Under the pieces are notes generated by a model that saw nothing but the letters and a program-made list of their open reading frames with translations, had not been told where the DNA came from and did no database searches. From Hungateiclostridiaceae bacterium UBA1305 (GTDB lineage Bacteria; Bacillota; Clostridia; Acetivibrionales; DTU013), in the NCBI GenBank assembly GCA_002307275.1, contig DBTX01000021.1, positions 8,432 to 72,431 on the forward strand: a stretch of DNA of 64,000 nt. The letters run 5' to 3'. Shown here piece after piece: positions 24,788 through 33,915 of the stretch. Position numbers and translations under genes: made by a program. Each line of letters opens with the position of its first letter. Within the stretch, counting starts at the first letter, position 1.

Positions 24788-25288
24788 CTATTTTTTCTTA
24801 TCCACAAAATAGGATGGCGGATTTATCGGTCCAACCTTATATGCTTTAACCATCTTTTTGCCTTGATTCAGCTTTTTGACTTCACAGCTAAACTTACTTA
24901 GAAGACTTTTGCTTTTTTCACTGTTTACCTTTTCGATTTCGCTGATCACACCGATTGTTTCCATAATTTCAGCAGTCAGGTTTTTCAGAAGTTTTGCATC
25001 TTCCGAAGCAGTACCTTCGAGCTTTGAAACATCCAACTGATCCAGCTTTGATATTCCTGCCATTTTCTTAAGCTTTTGGAAACAGGTTACGAACTCTTCA
25101 TCATCTTTTTTAAGTGAATCAATCCACAGTTGCTTTTCAGCAATAAGCCTGTTCAGTCCGTCCAATCCGTTCTCAGTAATTGTCTCCGTCTGCTCCCTAG
25201 TCAAGGTAAGAATCTTCTGAAGCAGAACCATCTTTTTCTGCTGCAATTCATTTAGTCGGCCAAGGTATTTCCCCAGTGTCATGTCCAT
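24788..25288 (-). CDS. Flagellar export chaperone, FliT/FlgN-like
   Basis: 166-aa all-helical ORF immediately downstream of fliS, the position FliT occupies in B. subtilis. Its sequence style resembles FlgN-family proteins. Confidence 0.5.
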   Translation of the reverse strand: MDMTLGKYLGRLNELQQKKMVLLQKILTLTREQTETITENGLDGLNRLIAEKQLWIDSLKKDDEEFVTCFQKLKKMAGISKLDQLDVSKLEGTASEDAKLLKNLTAEIMETIGVISEIEKVNSEKSKSLLSKFSCEVKKLNQGKKMVKAYKVGPINPPSYFVDKKK

Positions 25289-25332
25289 TTTTTACTCCTG
25301 TGCCAATTTAGCCTGCTGTGGCTTCTGCGGGG

Positions 25333-25719
25333 TCACTTCTGCGGTGCTGCTTTGGCCAGTTTCATTGCCTGAGCCCAAGTATCACGCAGTTCCTTCGACA
25401 TACCCAGTATTTCATCCAGGATAATCTTATCCTTTTTCACATTGGCTTCTACCAAACGTCTGTGCATATACTCGTAAAGCATATCCAGATTCTGTGCCAC
25501 TTCATATTCCATAATCAGAGTCATCCTGAAATATACCACAATATCCTGTGCACGTATGATGGCATTACTCGTACCCTCTATATCTTTTCCCTCAAGAGCT
25601 CCCTGTGCACGCATAATAAATTTTATCAGACCATTATAAAGCATTAATGTCAGTTCTTCCGGCGTAGCAGTGTAGACTGAACTTTGTTTGTATTGGTTAT
25701 ATGCTTTATTCAGTGCCAT
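25333..25719 (-). CDS. fliS: Flagellin-specific chaperone FliS
   Basis: 128-aa ORF. YKQSSVYTATPEELTLMLYNGLIKF and IIRAQDIV...NLDMLYEYMHRRLVEANVKKD are classic FliS. Confidence 0.9.
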   Translation of the reverse strand: MALNKAYNQYKQSSVYTATPEELTLMLYNGLIKFIMRAQGALEGKDIEGTSNAIIRAQDIVVYFRMTLIMEYEVAQNLDMLYEYMHRRLVEANVKKDKIILDEILGMSKELRDTWAQAMKLAKAAPQK

Positions 25720-25758
25720 AGTTCATTCCTCCAATAGTTTTGTCATTTCAAGCTTATA

Positions 25759-27690
25759 TTATGAACTGCTTAATAACGAAGTAATATAACTGCTCTGATT
25801 ACTCATCTGGTAAATATAGGTTTCCAGGGCTGTATATTTACTATAATAGTAATCTTCCTTGTCCGACAATTTATCCTCAAGTTCATCAATATCTTCATCA
25901 TACTGGTCTATTTGATCATACAGCGTACTGGTATATTGTGTAGTATCACCTACCATACCTGCCTTCAGAAGAAGCGTTCCTTTACCATTCGTTGTCCGGA
26001 TCGCATCGTTCAATACATCCGACAATCTGTTTGCCAGACCTTCCGTTTTATATCTTCCATTTCGAAGTGTCGAGGTTGTAGCTGTAGTATAGCTTGTGTC
26101 GGCCTCCTGGGTAAACAAGTCCGCTACGGCGTCCGGGTCGCTCTCTATGGCCTCTTTCAGCGCGTCCTCGTCTATTTCCAGCTTTCCTTTATCGGAGTAA
26201 TCCCCTGTCGTTATGCCAATATCGGCAAGGCCTGTTGAAAGACCGCTGACGCTGTCATATAATGCTGTTCTCATATCAGACAGGATCCCCTGCAATAAGG
26301 AGTCATTTTGAAGCAGTCCGGTCTTTGCCTGCTCTTCCCAATCAGCGATCTCATCATCGCTCATTTCTTCTTTTTGGGCATCTGTAAGCGGTTGGTAGTC
26401 CCGGTCATATTCTTCACTGATTTTCGTATTCATTGTGTCAATCAGGTCATTGTATGCATCAACGAATGCAGTAATATTTTCATAGACTGCGTCCGTGTCC
26501 ACAGAGAGGGTTACGGTCTCACTATCAGTACTCGGGTCCGAATGTGCTTTAATTAGTGTATAACTCGTACCATCCAGTGTAATGGTATTAGTGCTTCTTG
26601 TAACAAGCACGTCATCTATCTTTGCAGAAGCATCGGTTCCAGCTGTCGTCGTAGCATTACCGGTATTAATTCCGGATACGCTTTCCGAGCCAAAGAAATT
26701 ACCTCCTTGTGTCGTACCAATAACGATATTCTCACCAGATCCAGTGTCATCCGAGGTAATAACGAATTTATCAGAAGTCTCATCATATTTCATAGTCACA
26801 TTCGCAGTAGAGTCCGAATTAATGGTACTCATCATTTTTGACAACGTAGTTGAACTGCTGAAGGTAAACTGCTTTGAGTTAATTGTAAAGACAAGGTTAC
26901 CTGAGTCGTTAAAGGTAAGATCCTTTGCAAAGCTTGATGCGATCTTGCTCAAAGTACTGCTGGTATCCAGCCTGTTGGAAGCGCCGTTGTCAAAGCCGAG
27001 CGAAGCAAGTCCGTCACTCGTCGAACCACTGGCCAGTGTAATTTTCCCTGCGCCACCAGCCGTGTCAAAAGTCAACTTCGAATCGGAAAAACCGACCGTT
27101 ACCTTACCGGATCCGAATGCATTATCCACCAATGCCTGAATCTTGGTTTCAAATGTACTTGTATCCGAACTGTAATCTCCCAGGGTTATTTCTTTTGTCA
27201 CCCCATCCAGGGTCATTTTAAACGTTTTTCCGTCCAAATCGTAATCACTGATTGCATCACCGATAAGATCATCGGTAACTCCGGAAGAACTGGCAGCTTT
27301 ACCGGCGGTAGCGATACTGATAACAGATACGGTATGGGATCCGGTTGTTGCATCAGCATTTCCGGAAATCGTGACATAGTCACTATCCGTTGAGGTTCCG
27401 GTCATCTGCTTGAAGCTGGAACTGGACATCATGTTGCTGGATGATTTGGAGGTATTAAAATAGGTATCCTTAAAAGTCTTCAGATCGCTGATAACATCCC
27501 GGTAGGCGTCCTGCTTCCATTCCGCAAGCTGTTTCTTTTGCTTTACCTTATTCAACGGCGCCGATTCCGTTGTCATAAGCGATTCAACAATACTATCCAC
27601 ATCAAGACCGCTTCCGCTCAATCCGAACATACGCGACGTTGAACTATAAGAACCGGTACTGCTCGTTGAAGAAGTCGACATGACATTCAC
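25759..27690 (-). CDS. fliD: Flagellar filament cap protein FliD (hook-associated protein 2)
   Basis: 643-aa ORF. The N-terminal SGLDVDSIVESLMTTESAPLNKVKQKKQLAEWKQDAYRDV and the C-terminal YYSKYTALETYIYQMSNQSSYITSLL are FliD termini. Confidence 0.9.
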   Translation of the reverse strand: MNVMSTSSTSSTGSYSSTSRMFGLSGSGLDVDSIVESLMTTESAPLNKVKQKKQLAEWKQDAYRDVISDLKTFKDTYFNTSKSSSNMMSSSSFKQMTGTSTDSDYVTISGNADATTGSHTVSVISIATAGKAASSSGVTDDLIGDAISDYDLDGKTFKMTLDGVTKEITLGDYSSDTSTFETKIQALVDNAFGSGKVTVGFSDSKLTFDTAGGAGKITLASGSTSDGLASLGFDNGASNRLDTSSTLSKIASSFAKDLTFNDSGNLVFTINSKQFTFSSSTTLSKMMSTINSDSTANVTMKYDETSDKFVITSDDTGSGENIVIGTTQGGNFFGSESVSGINTGNATTTAGTDASAKIDDVLVTRSTNTITLDGTSYTLIKAHSDPSTDSETVTLSVDTDAVYENITAFVDAYNDLIDTMNTKISEEYDRDYQPLTDAQKEEMSDDEIADWEEQAKTGLLQNDSLLQGILSDMRTALYDSVSGLSTGLADIGITTGDYSDKGKLEIDEDALKEAIESDPDAVADLFTQEADTSYTTATTSTLRNGRYKTEGLANRLSDVLNDAIRTTNGKGTLLLKAGMVGDTTQYTSTLYDQIDQYDEDIDELEDKLSDKEDYYYSKYTALETYIYQMSNQSSYITSLLSSS

Positions 27691-28082
27691 CTTCTTTCAT
27701 CTACAAAAAGGCCGGCCATTTCACACATTTTGGCGACCATATCCAAAATTTTTTCCGGCGGAATTTCCCGGATGACCTTGTTTGTATTTGTATCAATCAC
27801 TTTAATCATAATTGCTTTTGTTTTTTCATGGATGGAATACTCAAACCTTTTGTTTGATACGGAAATAGCATCATTCGCCTTTTCAATCGTCTTTATAACA
27901 GTCTGTTCCGATATAGGGAGATCAAGCTTTTCTGTATCGGTTAACCGTTCTATATTGCCAAGATCCATTCCATCTTTTGAATTTACGGCAATATCCGTGT
28001 TTGTCGCAGTACTGGCCGAAGCTGTTTCCATATTCGCCTTGAACGAGCTTACTGTCTGGGCGGTAATGCCTTCAATCTTCAT
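27687..28082 (-). CDS. flaG: Flagellar protein FlaG
   Basis: The ATG at 28082 lies 8 nt after GGGAGG. FEYSIHEKTKAIMIKVIDTNTNKVIREIPPEKILDMVAKMCEMAGLFVDE is the FlaG domain. Confidence 0.85.
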   Translation of the reverse strand: MKIEGITAQTVSSFKANMETASASTATNTDIAVNSKDGMDLGNIERLTDTEKLDLPISEQTVIKTIEKANDAISVSNKRFEYSIHEKTKAIMIKVIDTNTNKVIREIPPEKILDMVAKMCEMAGLFVDERR

Positions 28083-28114
28083 ACCAAACACCTCCCAACC
28101 ATGAAACTATTTAT

Positions 28115-28143
28115 ATTATCGGAAATCAGTCAGAAAAAGCTAA
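28115..28143 (-). promoter_or_regulatory. Possible sigma-28 (SigD/FliA)-type promoter for flaG-fliD-fliS
   Basis: The minus strand carries CCGATAAT at 28115-28122, matching the SigD -10 consensus GCCGATAA. The -35 is poor (TTAG-like). Confidence 0.3.
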
Positions 28144-28184
28144 GCACTAATTTCATATAGTCGTATTCATTGTGTAATAGTTTG

Positions 28185-28219
28185 TGAAATAAAGGGTCAG
28201 GGAATGATCCCCTGACCCC
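28185..28219 (-). terminator. Rho-independent terminator of the flagellin gene
   Basis: gggtcaggg (28194-28202) pairs with ccctgaccc (28210-28218). The minus strand then continues TTTATTTC. Confidence 0.8.
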
Positions 28220-28237
28220 TCATGAAAAGCGATTATA

Positions 28238-29479
28238 TTACTGGAGCAGGGACAGAACACTCTGTGGCTGCTGATTGGCCTGAGCCAGCATTGAAGTGGC
28301 TGCCTGGGTAAGGATATTGTTCTTGGTATATTCGGTCATTTCTTTTGCCATATCAACATCACGGATGTTGGATTCGGCTGATGTCAAGTTTTCACTGGAT
28401 GTACCCAGATTGTTGATTGTATGTTCGAGCCTGTTCTGGATAGCACCTAGTGCGGAACGCTGTGCAGAAACCTTCTGGGTTGCCGTATCAATGGCATTGA
28501 TTGCAACCTGGGAAGCTGTTGCCGTTGTGATATCGAGTTCTGCAACGCCCAGTGCAGAGGCTCCCATGTCAAGGATGGAAACCTGCATTGTCTGGTTTGA
28601 ATTGGCTCCAATTTGCAGAATTGCTGTTCCGTCGGACTGTACGTTCGCTGCTGCCGTTGTTTCTTCAAAAGTATTCAGGGCGTTTGTCGCATCTGTTTTT
28701 GTAGTACCCGTGGAATCCTTTACCGTAACGGTCAAACCGTTAATTGCATTTGCGAGACCCTCGTCGGCGGCCGTAACAGTAATTGCGCCAGCAGTAGTTG
28801 CAGCAATAGTCAAATGGGCATCCGCAGTGGCACCTGTCATATTCGCAACTGTCGACGCTGAAGTAACTGTATAGGTGTCGGTCGTGACTACTCCGTTCAT
28901 TTCATAGGAAACGTCAATCGTATCACCCGCCGCTATGCCAAGACTATTGCCGTCGCTGTCGGTAAGATCCGTTAATAAGCTGCCTGTATCCGCAACATCT
29001 GTACCTTCTTTCAAAACTGCACTGGTGTTAACATTTGCAATAGACACAGAAGCTTTACCCATTGAACCATCCAGCAAATTCTTGGTATTGTATTGCGTTG
29101 TTGTGGATATACGATCTATTTCGGCAGTGAGCTGATCCATTTCATCCTGTATGTTGTCTCTGTCTTCGTCAGTATTGGTATCGGAAGACGACTGAACAGC
29201 CAGTTCCCTCATTCTCTGAAGAATCGAAGTGGTCTCATTTAATGCGCCTTCAGCGGTCTGTACAAGGGAAATGCCGTCTTCAGAATTGCTTGACGCCTGA
29301 TCAAGGCCTCTGATCTGACCTCTCATTTTTTCACTGATGGCCAGTCCTGCCGCATCATCAGCCGCACTGTTGATACGGAGACCGGATGACAATTTCTCAA
29401 GGGATTTCGATGTGGCATTGGTATTATTGGTCAACTGACGATACGTGTTTAAAGATGCGATATTGTGATTAATCTTCAT
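28238..29479 (-). CDS. fliC: Flagellin
   Basis: The start is MKINHNIASLNTYRQL, with an ATG preceded by GGAGGTAATCTT. The conserved N-terminus is LSSGLRINSAADDAAGLAISEKMRGQIRGL and the conserved C-terminus is LGAIQNRLEHTINNL...MLAQANQQPQSVLSLLQ. The variable domain is Thr/Ser/Ala-rich. Confidence 0.95.
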   Translation of the reverse strand: MKINHNIASLNTYRQLTNNTNATSKSLEKLSSGLRINSAADDAAGLAISEKMRGQIRGLDQASSNSEDGISLVQTAEGALNETTSILQRMRELAVQSSSDTNTDEDRDNIQDEMDQLTAEIDRISTTTQYNTKNLLDGSMGKASVSIANVNTSAVLKEGTDVADTGSLLTDLTDSDGNSLGIAAGDTIDVSYEMNGVVTTDTYTVTSASTVANMTGATADAHLTIAATTAGAITVTAADEGLANAINGLTVTVKDSTGTTKTDATNALNTFEETTAAANVQSDGTAILQIGANSNQTMQVSILDMGASALGVAELDITTATASQVAINAIDTATQKVSAQRSALGAIQNRLEHTINNLGTSSENLTSAESNIRDVDMAKEMTEYTKNNILTQAATSMLAQANQQPQSVLSLLQ

Positions 29480-29486
29480 AAGATTA

Positions 29487-29518
29487 CCTCCATGTTTTTT
29501 GATAGGGCATCCATGCCC
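29487..29518 (-). promoter_or_regulatory. Putative CsrA binding sites in the flagellin 5' UTR
   Basis: The minus-strand leader contains hairpin GGGCA-UGGA-UGCCC (29505-29518) with GGA in the loop. A second GGA lies within the SD AUGGAGGU (29487-29491 region). csrA and fliW lie just upstream. Confidence 0.5.
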
Positions 29519-29596
29519 CTCCATTTTTTTGAGATAAAGAAAGCATTCCACGCATCCGGCCGGTTTACAGAAACACTTTTTTAACTCTCATTATAT

Positions 29597-29623
29597 ATAT
29601 CGTAGTTTTTTTTATTTACTTAA
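29597..29623 (-). promoter_or_regulatory. Possible sigma-28-type promoter of the flagellin gene
   Basis: The minus strand reads TTAA-N17-CGATAT. The SigD consensus TAAA-N15-GCCGATAT gives the same spacing. Both boxes match imperfectly. Confidence 0.4.
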
Positions 29624-29717
29624 CAGAAAAATAAAAAATATTTTCCCGGATGTCCTCTAATCACTGGTTAACCTGGGCAGAATATTCAAAATATGTTCCT
29701 GCTGCAGAAGAGACTAT

Positions 29718-31604
29718 CTACTCTGCATTTTCTCCCGGTTGTTTATCCGGCGGCAATTGCCGGATATATTCAAGATACGCTTCCAGCGCTATGTCTGAGC
29801 AGCCCTGTTTCCCTGCAAGTTCAAAAAGCCCATATGCCTCGGACAGGTATCCGAGCCGGTATTTATAATATCCGCGCAAAAAATATGTTCCGGCGTTTTC
29901 AGGAGCATATTCAGTGCATAATAAAGCTCCCTGATAACAGCTAAACTTTTCAAGTATTAAAGCCACTTTAATCATAAATATATCCTGGGTATTTTCGGCA
30001 AGCCCCGAGATTATTTTAAATGCAAATAATTCCTGCCGCATTCTATAAATTTCACAGATCACAACGGCAATTTTATTTATGTCACATTTGTCAGGATCCG
30101 TCTCCCTGATAATGCCAAGTGCAAAAGCATATTCCGGCTCCACTGTTTTTGACAGCTTGTCAACATACTCCCGGTTATCCGCGAGAACAGCACAAATCAA
30201 TGCTTTAACACGGGAGAGTTTATCGATTTTTAAGCATTCATCCATTGCCAGTAATTTTGCAGCCGTATCAAATTGGGCGTCACCCGCTTTTAAAAAGCCT
30301 GCGATATAATATAGGAACTGTTCGTCAGGGTAATTCCTTTTGTAAGCCGCAAAGCATTTCAGCAGCTGCGGGCTCATATAATACAGCGCTAATCCCGTCA
30401 TTACCGTTTTATGCCTGGCTTTGCCGGAGTTTTTATAAAGTGACTCTATAAATCCGGTCTTTTCGCTTTCAGGTAAATTTTTTGTAAGATTAAGAAGGAG
30501 TAATAATGCATTTATATTGTCGTTCTCTTTGTCAAAAATCTGATAATAGGTTGAAAAAGCATCGGCGGTATTTTTCAGCGCCTCATAGCATCCGCCCGTC
30601 AATAGAGCTACTCTGGTTGGATTATGTGCGATCTTGCACAATTCTATTCCTTCATAGCTTTTCATAAGAACCGCTGTCCTGCAGAACTCCGTAAGCGCGA
30701 GTTGAAAAAGTCTATAGTTATAACAAGTCAGACCTCGTAAAAAAACAGCATCGGGATGTCCCGGAAATTTCTCTTCCATTTTGTCAATCCAGCTCAATAT
30801 TCTATTGCGGTCCGCATTTGAATGAATCAGACTCTCAATAAGATTTCTATATGGTTTGGATTGCACTCCGTAAAGATATTCACTGCAAGTGTTTTGAAAA
30901 TAAAGTTCCGTATATTTGATTGCATTTTCATGATCTTTAAGAGCAAAGTAGCATTCGCCAATATAATAAAAGTTTATCGTTTTTCGTGATTCATCGATAT
31001 TTTCCAGACCATTTAACAGCATTCCCAGATTTCTTTCCAGCTTTTCCTCCAGGAATAATTGATTATACCCGGTATGCACAATTTTTATTTTATCTTTCGG
31101 GATCTCAAGAATTTTGAGACCTTCTTTTCGATAGGCTGCTTCATGAATGGGATAACGATAATGAAAACCTTTCTTTAAAATCCGGAGCGAATAGGACTCT
31201 TCAAGAACCGCACCATTTAATCCGTCAGTATTGATCATAGGGCATGCAATCACATTTTTTTTAATTCGTTCCGCCTCTAGAATTGCTTTTGGGATATTTT
31301 CCTGACAGTCTTCGTAAAAAAATTCATCGGCATCCAAAAACAGAATCCAGTCACCGGTCGCTTCTTCCAGTGCCCGGTTTTTGGCGGCGGAAAAATCATC
31401 CTGCCATTCAAAATGAATCACTTTGGCGCCGAATTTTTTTGCAATTTCAACGGTTTTATCCGTTGAGCCCGTATCAACAACTATGATTTCATTAACAATA
31501 TTATAATAGCTTTCAATACAGCGTTGAATATTATTTTCCTCATTTTTTGCTATCATACAGGCGGATATTTTTCTCTTACCGCCATTTCTATATTCAGTGC
31601 TCAT
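29718..31604 (-). CDS. Family-2 glycosyltransferase fused to TPR repeats (flagellin glycosylation candidate)
   Basis: 628-aa ORF. The N-terminus ISACMIAKNEENNIQRCIESYYNIVNEIIVVDTGSTDKTVEIA...ILFLDADEF is the GT2 DxD fold. The remaining roughly 400 aa are helical TPR-like repeats. Confidence 0.85.
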   Translation of the reverse strand: MSTEYRNGGKRKISACMIAKNEENNIQRCIESYYNIVNEIIVVDTGSTDKTVEIAKKFGAKVIHFEWQDDFSAAKNRALEEATGDWILFLDADEFFYEDCQENIPKAILEAERIKKNVIACPMINTDGLNGAVLEESYSLRILKKGFHYRYPIHEAAYRKEGLKILEIPKDKIKIVHTGYNQLFLEEKLERNLGMLLNGLENIDESRKTINFYYIGECYFALKDHENAIKYTELYFQNTCSEYLYGVQSKPYRNLIESLIHSNADRNRILSWIDKMEEKFPGHPDAVFLRGLTCYNYRLFQLALTEFCRTAVLMKSYEGIELCKIAHNPTRVALLTGGCYEALKNTADAFSTYYQIFDKENDNINALLLLLNLTKNLPESEKTGFIESLYKNSGKARHKTVMTGLALYYMSPQLLKCFAAYKRNYPDEQFLYYIAGFLKAGDAQFDTAAKLLAMDECLKIDKLSRVKALICAVLADNREYVDKLSKTVEPEYAFALGIIRETDPDKCDINKIAVVICEIYRMRQELFAFKIISGLAENTQDIFMIKVALILEKFSCYQGALLCTEYAPENAGTYFLRGYYKYRLGYLSEAYGLFELAGKQGCSDIALEAYLEYIRQLPPDKQPGENAE

Positions 31605-31637
31605 ATATTTAATTAAAAAACCCTAACATTGTATTCA

Positions 31638-31877
31638 TCACTTCATATTCATTTTAATAATTTCATCCAGCGATATTTTATCGGTTTCGGGCTTAATTCT
31701 GGCTGCTTCTTCATTTTCACGCTGTATCTCCAGGAAAACTTCCTTTCTGTGTATGGATACGCTTCTGGGAGCATTAATTCCGATACGTACCTGATCCCCC
31801 TGGATATCAAGCACAGTGATCTCTATATCATTATTTATGACGATCGTCTGATCCTTTTTCCTTGTCAGTACCAGCAT
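31638..31877 (-). CDS. csrA: Carbon storage regulator CsrA
   Basis: MLVLTRKKDQTIVINNDIEITVLDIQGDQVRIGINAPRSVSIHRKEV is the CsrA core. The start is placed at this Met rather than the longer track ORF. Confidence 0.9.
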   Translation of the reverse strand: MLVLTRKKDQTIVINNDIEITVLDIQGDQVRIGINAPRSVSIHRKEVFLEIQRENEEAARIKPETDKISLDEIIKMNMK

Positions 31878-32331
31878 CGGCGCCGCCCTCCTGTCTGCGG
31901 ATTTCATCCAATATATAGTGTCTCACAGTGTACTTGTCGGTGTCAAGGATTATTTGGGCGCCCTTATTCGTGCTGCAGTTGATGATCAAAGGTGCTTTCA
32001 GGTTCATGCTGATTCTTGTCAGATCATCCGGTACAACAACGATGGAATATACCGCTACATCATCTTCCTTTGCAATACAAAGTTCCCGGGCTGCTTCATC
32101 GGGCAGCTCAAAGTCATAGTCCGCTACAATCATAAAAGGATTGGCAATTGCAAATGCAATCTGTGGTTCATTGACACATTGCAGCCATCCGAACGGAGAG
32201 GTCTTATCTTCATTCCCAATGAGTACGAATTTATTAAGCTGTTCAAAACCCGGCAGTCCTTCATCAAATTTCAAAACACTCTCCTCAGCTATCCTGATTT
32301 CCCCGAAGTGCCTTGTTTGTAATACTCTCAT
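31831..32331 (-). CDS. fliW: Flagellar assembly factor FliW
   Basis: MRVLQTRHFGEIRIAEESVLKFDEGLPGFEQLNKFVLI...FGWLQCV is FliW-typical. The ATG lies 5 nt after GGAGGA. The 3' end overlaps csrA. Confidence 0.9.
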   Translation of the reverse strand: MRVLQTRHFGEIRIAEESVLKFDEGLPGFEQLNKFVLIGNEDKTSPFGWLQCVNEPQIAFAIANPFMIVADYDFELPDEAARELCIAKEDDVAVYSIVVVPDDLTRISMNLKAPLIINCSTNKGAQIILDTDKYTVRHYILDEIRRQEGGADAGTDKEKGSDDRHK

Positions 32332-32396
32332 AATATCCTCCACTCAGCAGTTACTGTAAAATTCACTTCATTATTTTGACTGTATTGCAACGAACT

Positions 32397-32972
32397 CTAT
32401 ATTGACTCATCAAAATTGTTATAACTTATTTTAATGGACGGGTACTGTTTTACATAGGTGTTTATCTTTGCGGGCTCATAATGAATATCGACGTTCCCCT
32501 GTATATAATCTCCATCTATACCATTAAGCGCCCCTTCTGCGTTTGTATCCCACCGGATATTCATTCCGCCTGATACCTCAACCTTGGGCCTGGATTTTGG
32601 TATAAAATCCATCCCGTATTCATCTGTCTGAAGCATATTCCTTCTTGCAATGGAGGAAATGGCATTTCCTCCATTCTCAACAGCTGCCATCGCATATCCG
32701 TCCTGAACCGCTTGACCGGTATACTTCAAGACCTGGCGGTACCCTTTTTGAGCAGCCTCTTTTGCAAAGTCATAATTGTTTTTCAAACCTTCCTCTGCAA
32801 AGCATTCGTATTGATCTATGTGTACCTTCGGCTGTTCCGTATGAATCTTAAGCTCCGCCTGCTCCCGGTGCATCTCAAGCCTGGCATTTTGGGTTCTGAT
32901 ATTCAGTTGAGACGGTATATGCTCAACGCCGAGCTGTATATCCGTTGTTTGGATTGTCAACCCCATATGCAA
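32397..32972 (-). CDS. YviE-like flagellar-operon protein (DUF6470-type)
   Basis: 191-aa ORF between flgL and fliW, the size and position of B. subtilis yviE. Confidence 0.6.
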   Translation of the reverse strand: MHMGLTIQTTDIQLGVEHIPSQLNIRTQNARLEMHREQAELKIHTEQPKVHIDQYECFAEEGLKNNYDFAKEAAQKGYRQVLKYTGQAVQDGYAMAAVENGGNAISSIARRNMLQTDEYGMDFIPKSRPKVEVSGGMNIRWDTNAEGALNGIDGDYIQGNVDIHYEPAKINTYVKQYPSIKISYNNFDESI

Positions 32973-32978
32973 TCACCA

Positions 32979-33899
32979 CTATGTCAGAAAATCCACCAAT
33001 GACGGCTGTATGATTTTTGCCCCGCCGGAAAGAGAAGCTTTATAGACATTCTCTTCGTTCTGCAGGTTCATGATGGTTTCTGCCATATCCACGTCTTCAT
33101 TATCACTCATCAGTTTGGTAAAGTTGGTGTTGTCGCTGTCCAGCCTGTTACCGGTAAGTTCCAGTCTGTTGGTTCTTGCGCCGACATCCGCGCGGATACG
33201 CAAAACATTGTTGATGTCATTATCTAGATTGTCAAGAAGGTCACTGGCTGCTGTACTATCACCTGCGTTGAGCGCTGTAATCAAAGCGTCAAAATCACTG
33301 ATCAGGGTACCCGGTGTACCGGTCGTGGAATCCGCATCTCCTCCATCATTGAAAAGATCTCCTCCGGCGACGTTTATGTTGATATCATCTCCAATTCCAA
33401 TCTCATACAGAATGTTTTCCTCAGAGGTATCCACATCAATTGCAAAATCGCCGGTGGTTTCGTCCAGCAGCTTTTGATCCGTTTTATAGCCGGAAAAAAT
33501 GTACCTTCCCGCATAGGTGGTATTTCCAAGAGAAATCATTTGCGTTCTCAGTTGCTGTATTTCTGCGCTGATCTTCGTCTTATCATCCGTTGTCGTTGAA
33601 TCGCTTGACGCCTGGACTGTCAACTCCCTGACACTCTGCAATACATCGCCGATACTTGACAGAGTATTCTCCGTTGTGTCCAGCCAGGAGGTCGCATCAT
33701 TTACATTCTTCTGATACTGGTCTATTTCCGCCACATTCGTACGCAGCTTCAATGCGCGAGCCGCAACAACAGGATCATCGGACGGCACCTGTATCTTTTT
33801 GCCTGTGGCCAACTGGCTCTGGTATTTATCCATTCTGGTCAGATTATTTCCGATATAATTGACCATATTGTTGATCAGCATATTATTTGTGATTCTCAT
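32979..33899 (-). CDS. flgL: Flagellar hook-filament junction protein FlgL (HAP3)
   Basis: 306-aa ORF with a flagellin-like N-terminus MRITNNMLINNMVNYIGNNLTRMDKYQSQLATGKKI and C-terminus NRLELTGNRL...NLQNEENVYKASL. Confidence 0.9.
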   Translation of the reverse strand: MRITNNMLINNMVNYIGNNLTRMDKYQSQLATGKKIQVPSDDPVVAARALKLRTNVAEIDQYQKNVNDATSWLDTTENTLSSIGDVLQSVRELTVQASSDSTTTDDKTKISAEIQQLRTQMISLGNTTYAGRYIFSGYKTDQKLLDETTGDFAIDVDTSEENILYEIGIGDDININVAGGDLFNDGGDADSTTGTPGTLISDFDALITALNAGDSTAASDLLDNLDNDINNVLRIRADVGARTNRLELTGNRLDSDNTNFTKLMSDNEDVDMAETIMNLQNEENVYKASLSGGAKIIQPSLVDFLT

Positions 33900-33915
33900 C
33901 CTTCAAAGTCCCCCT

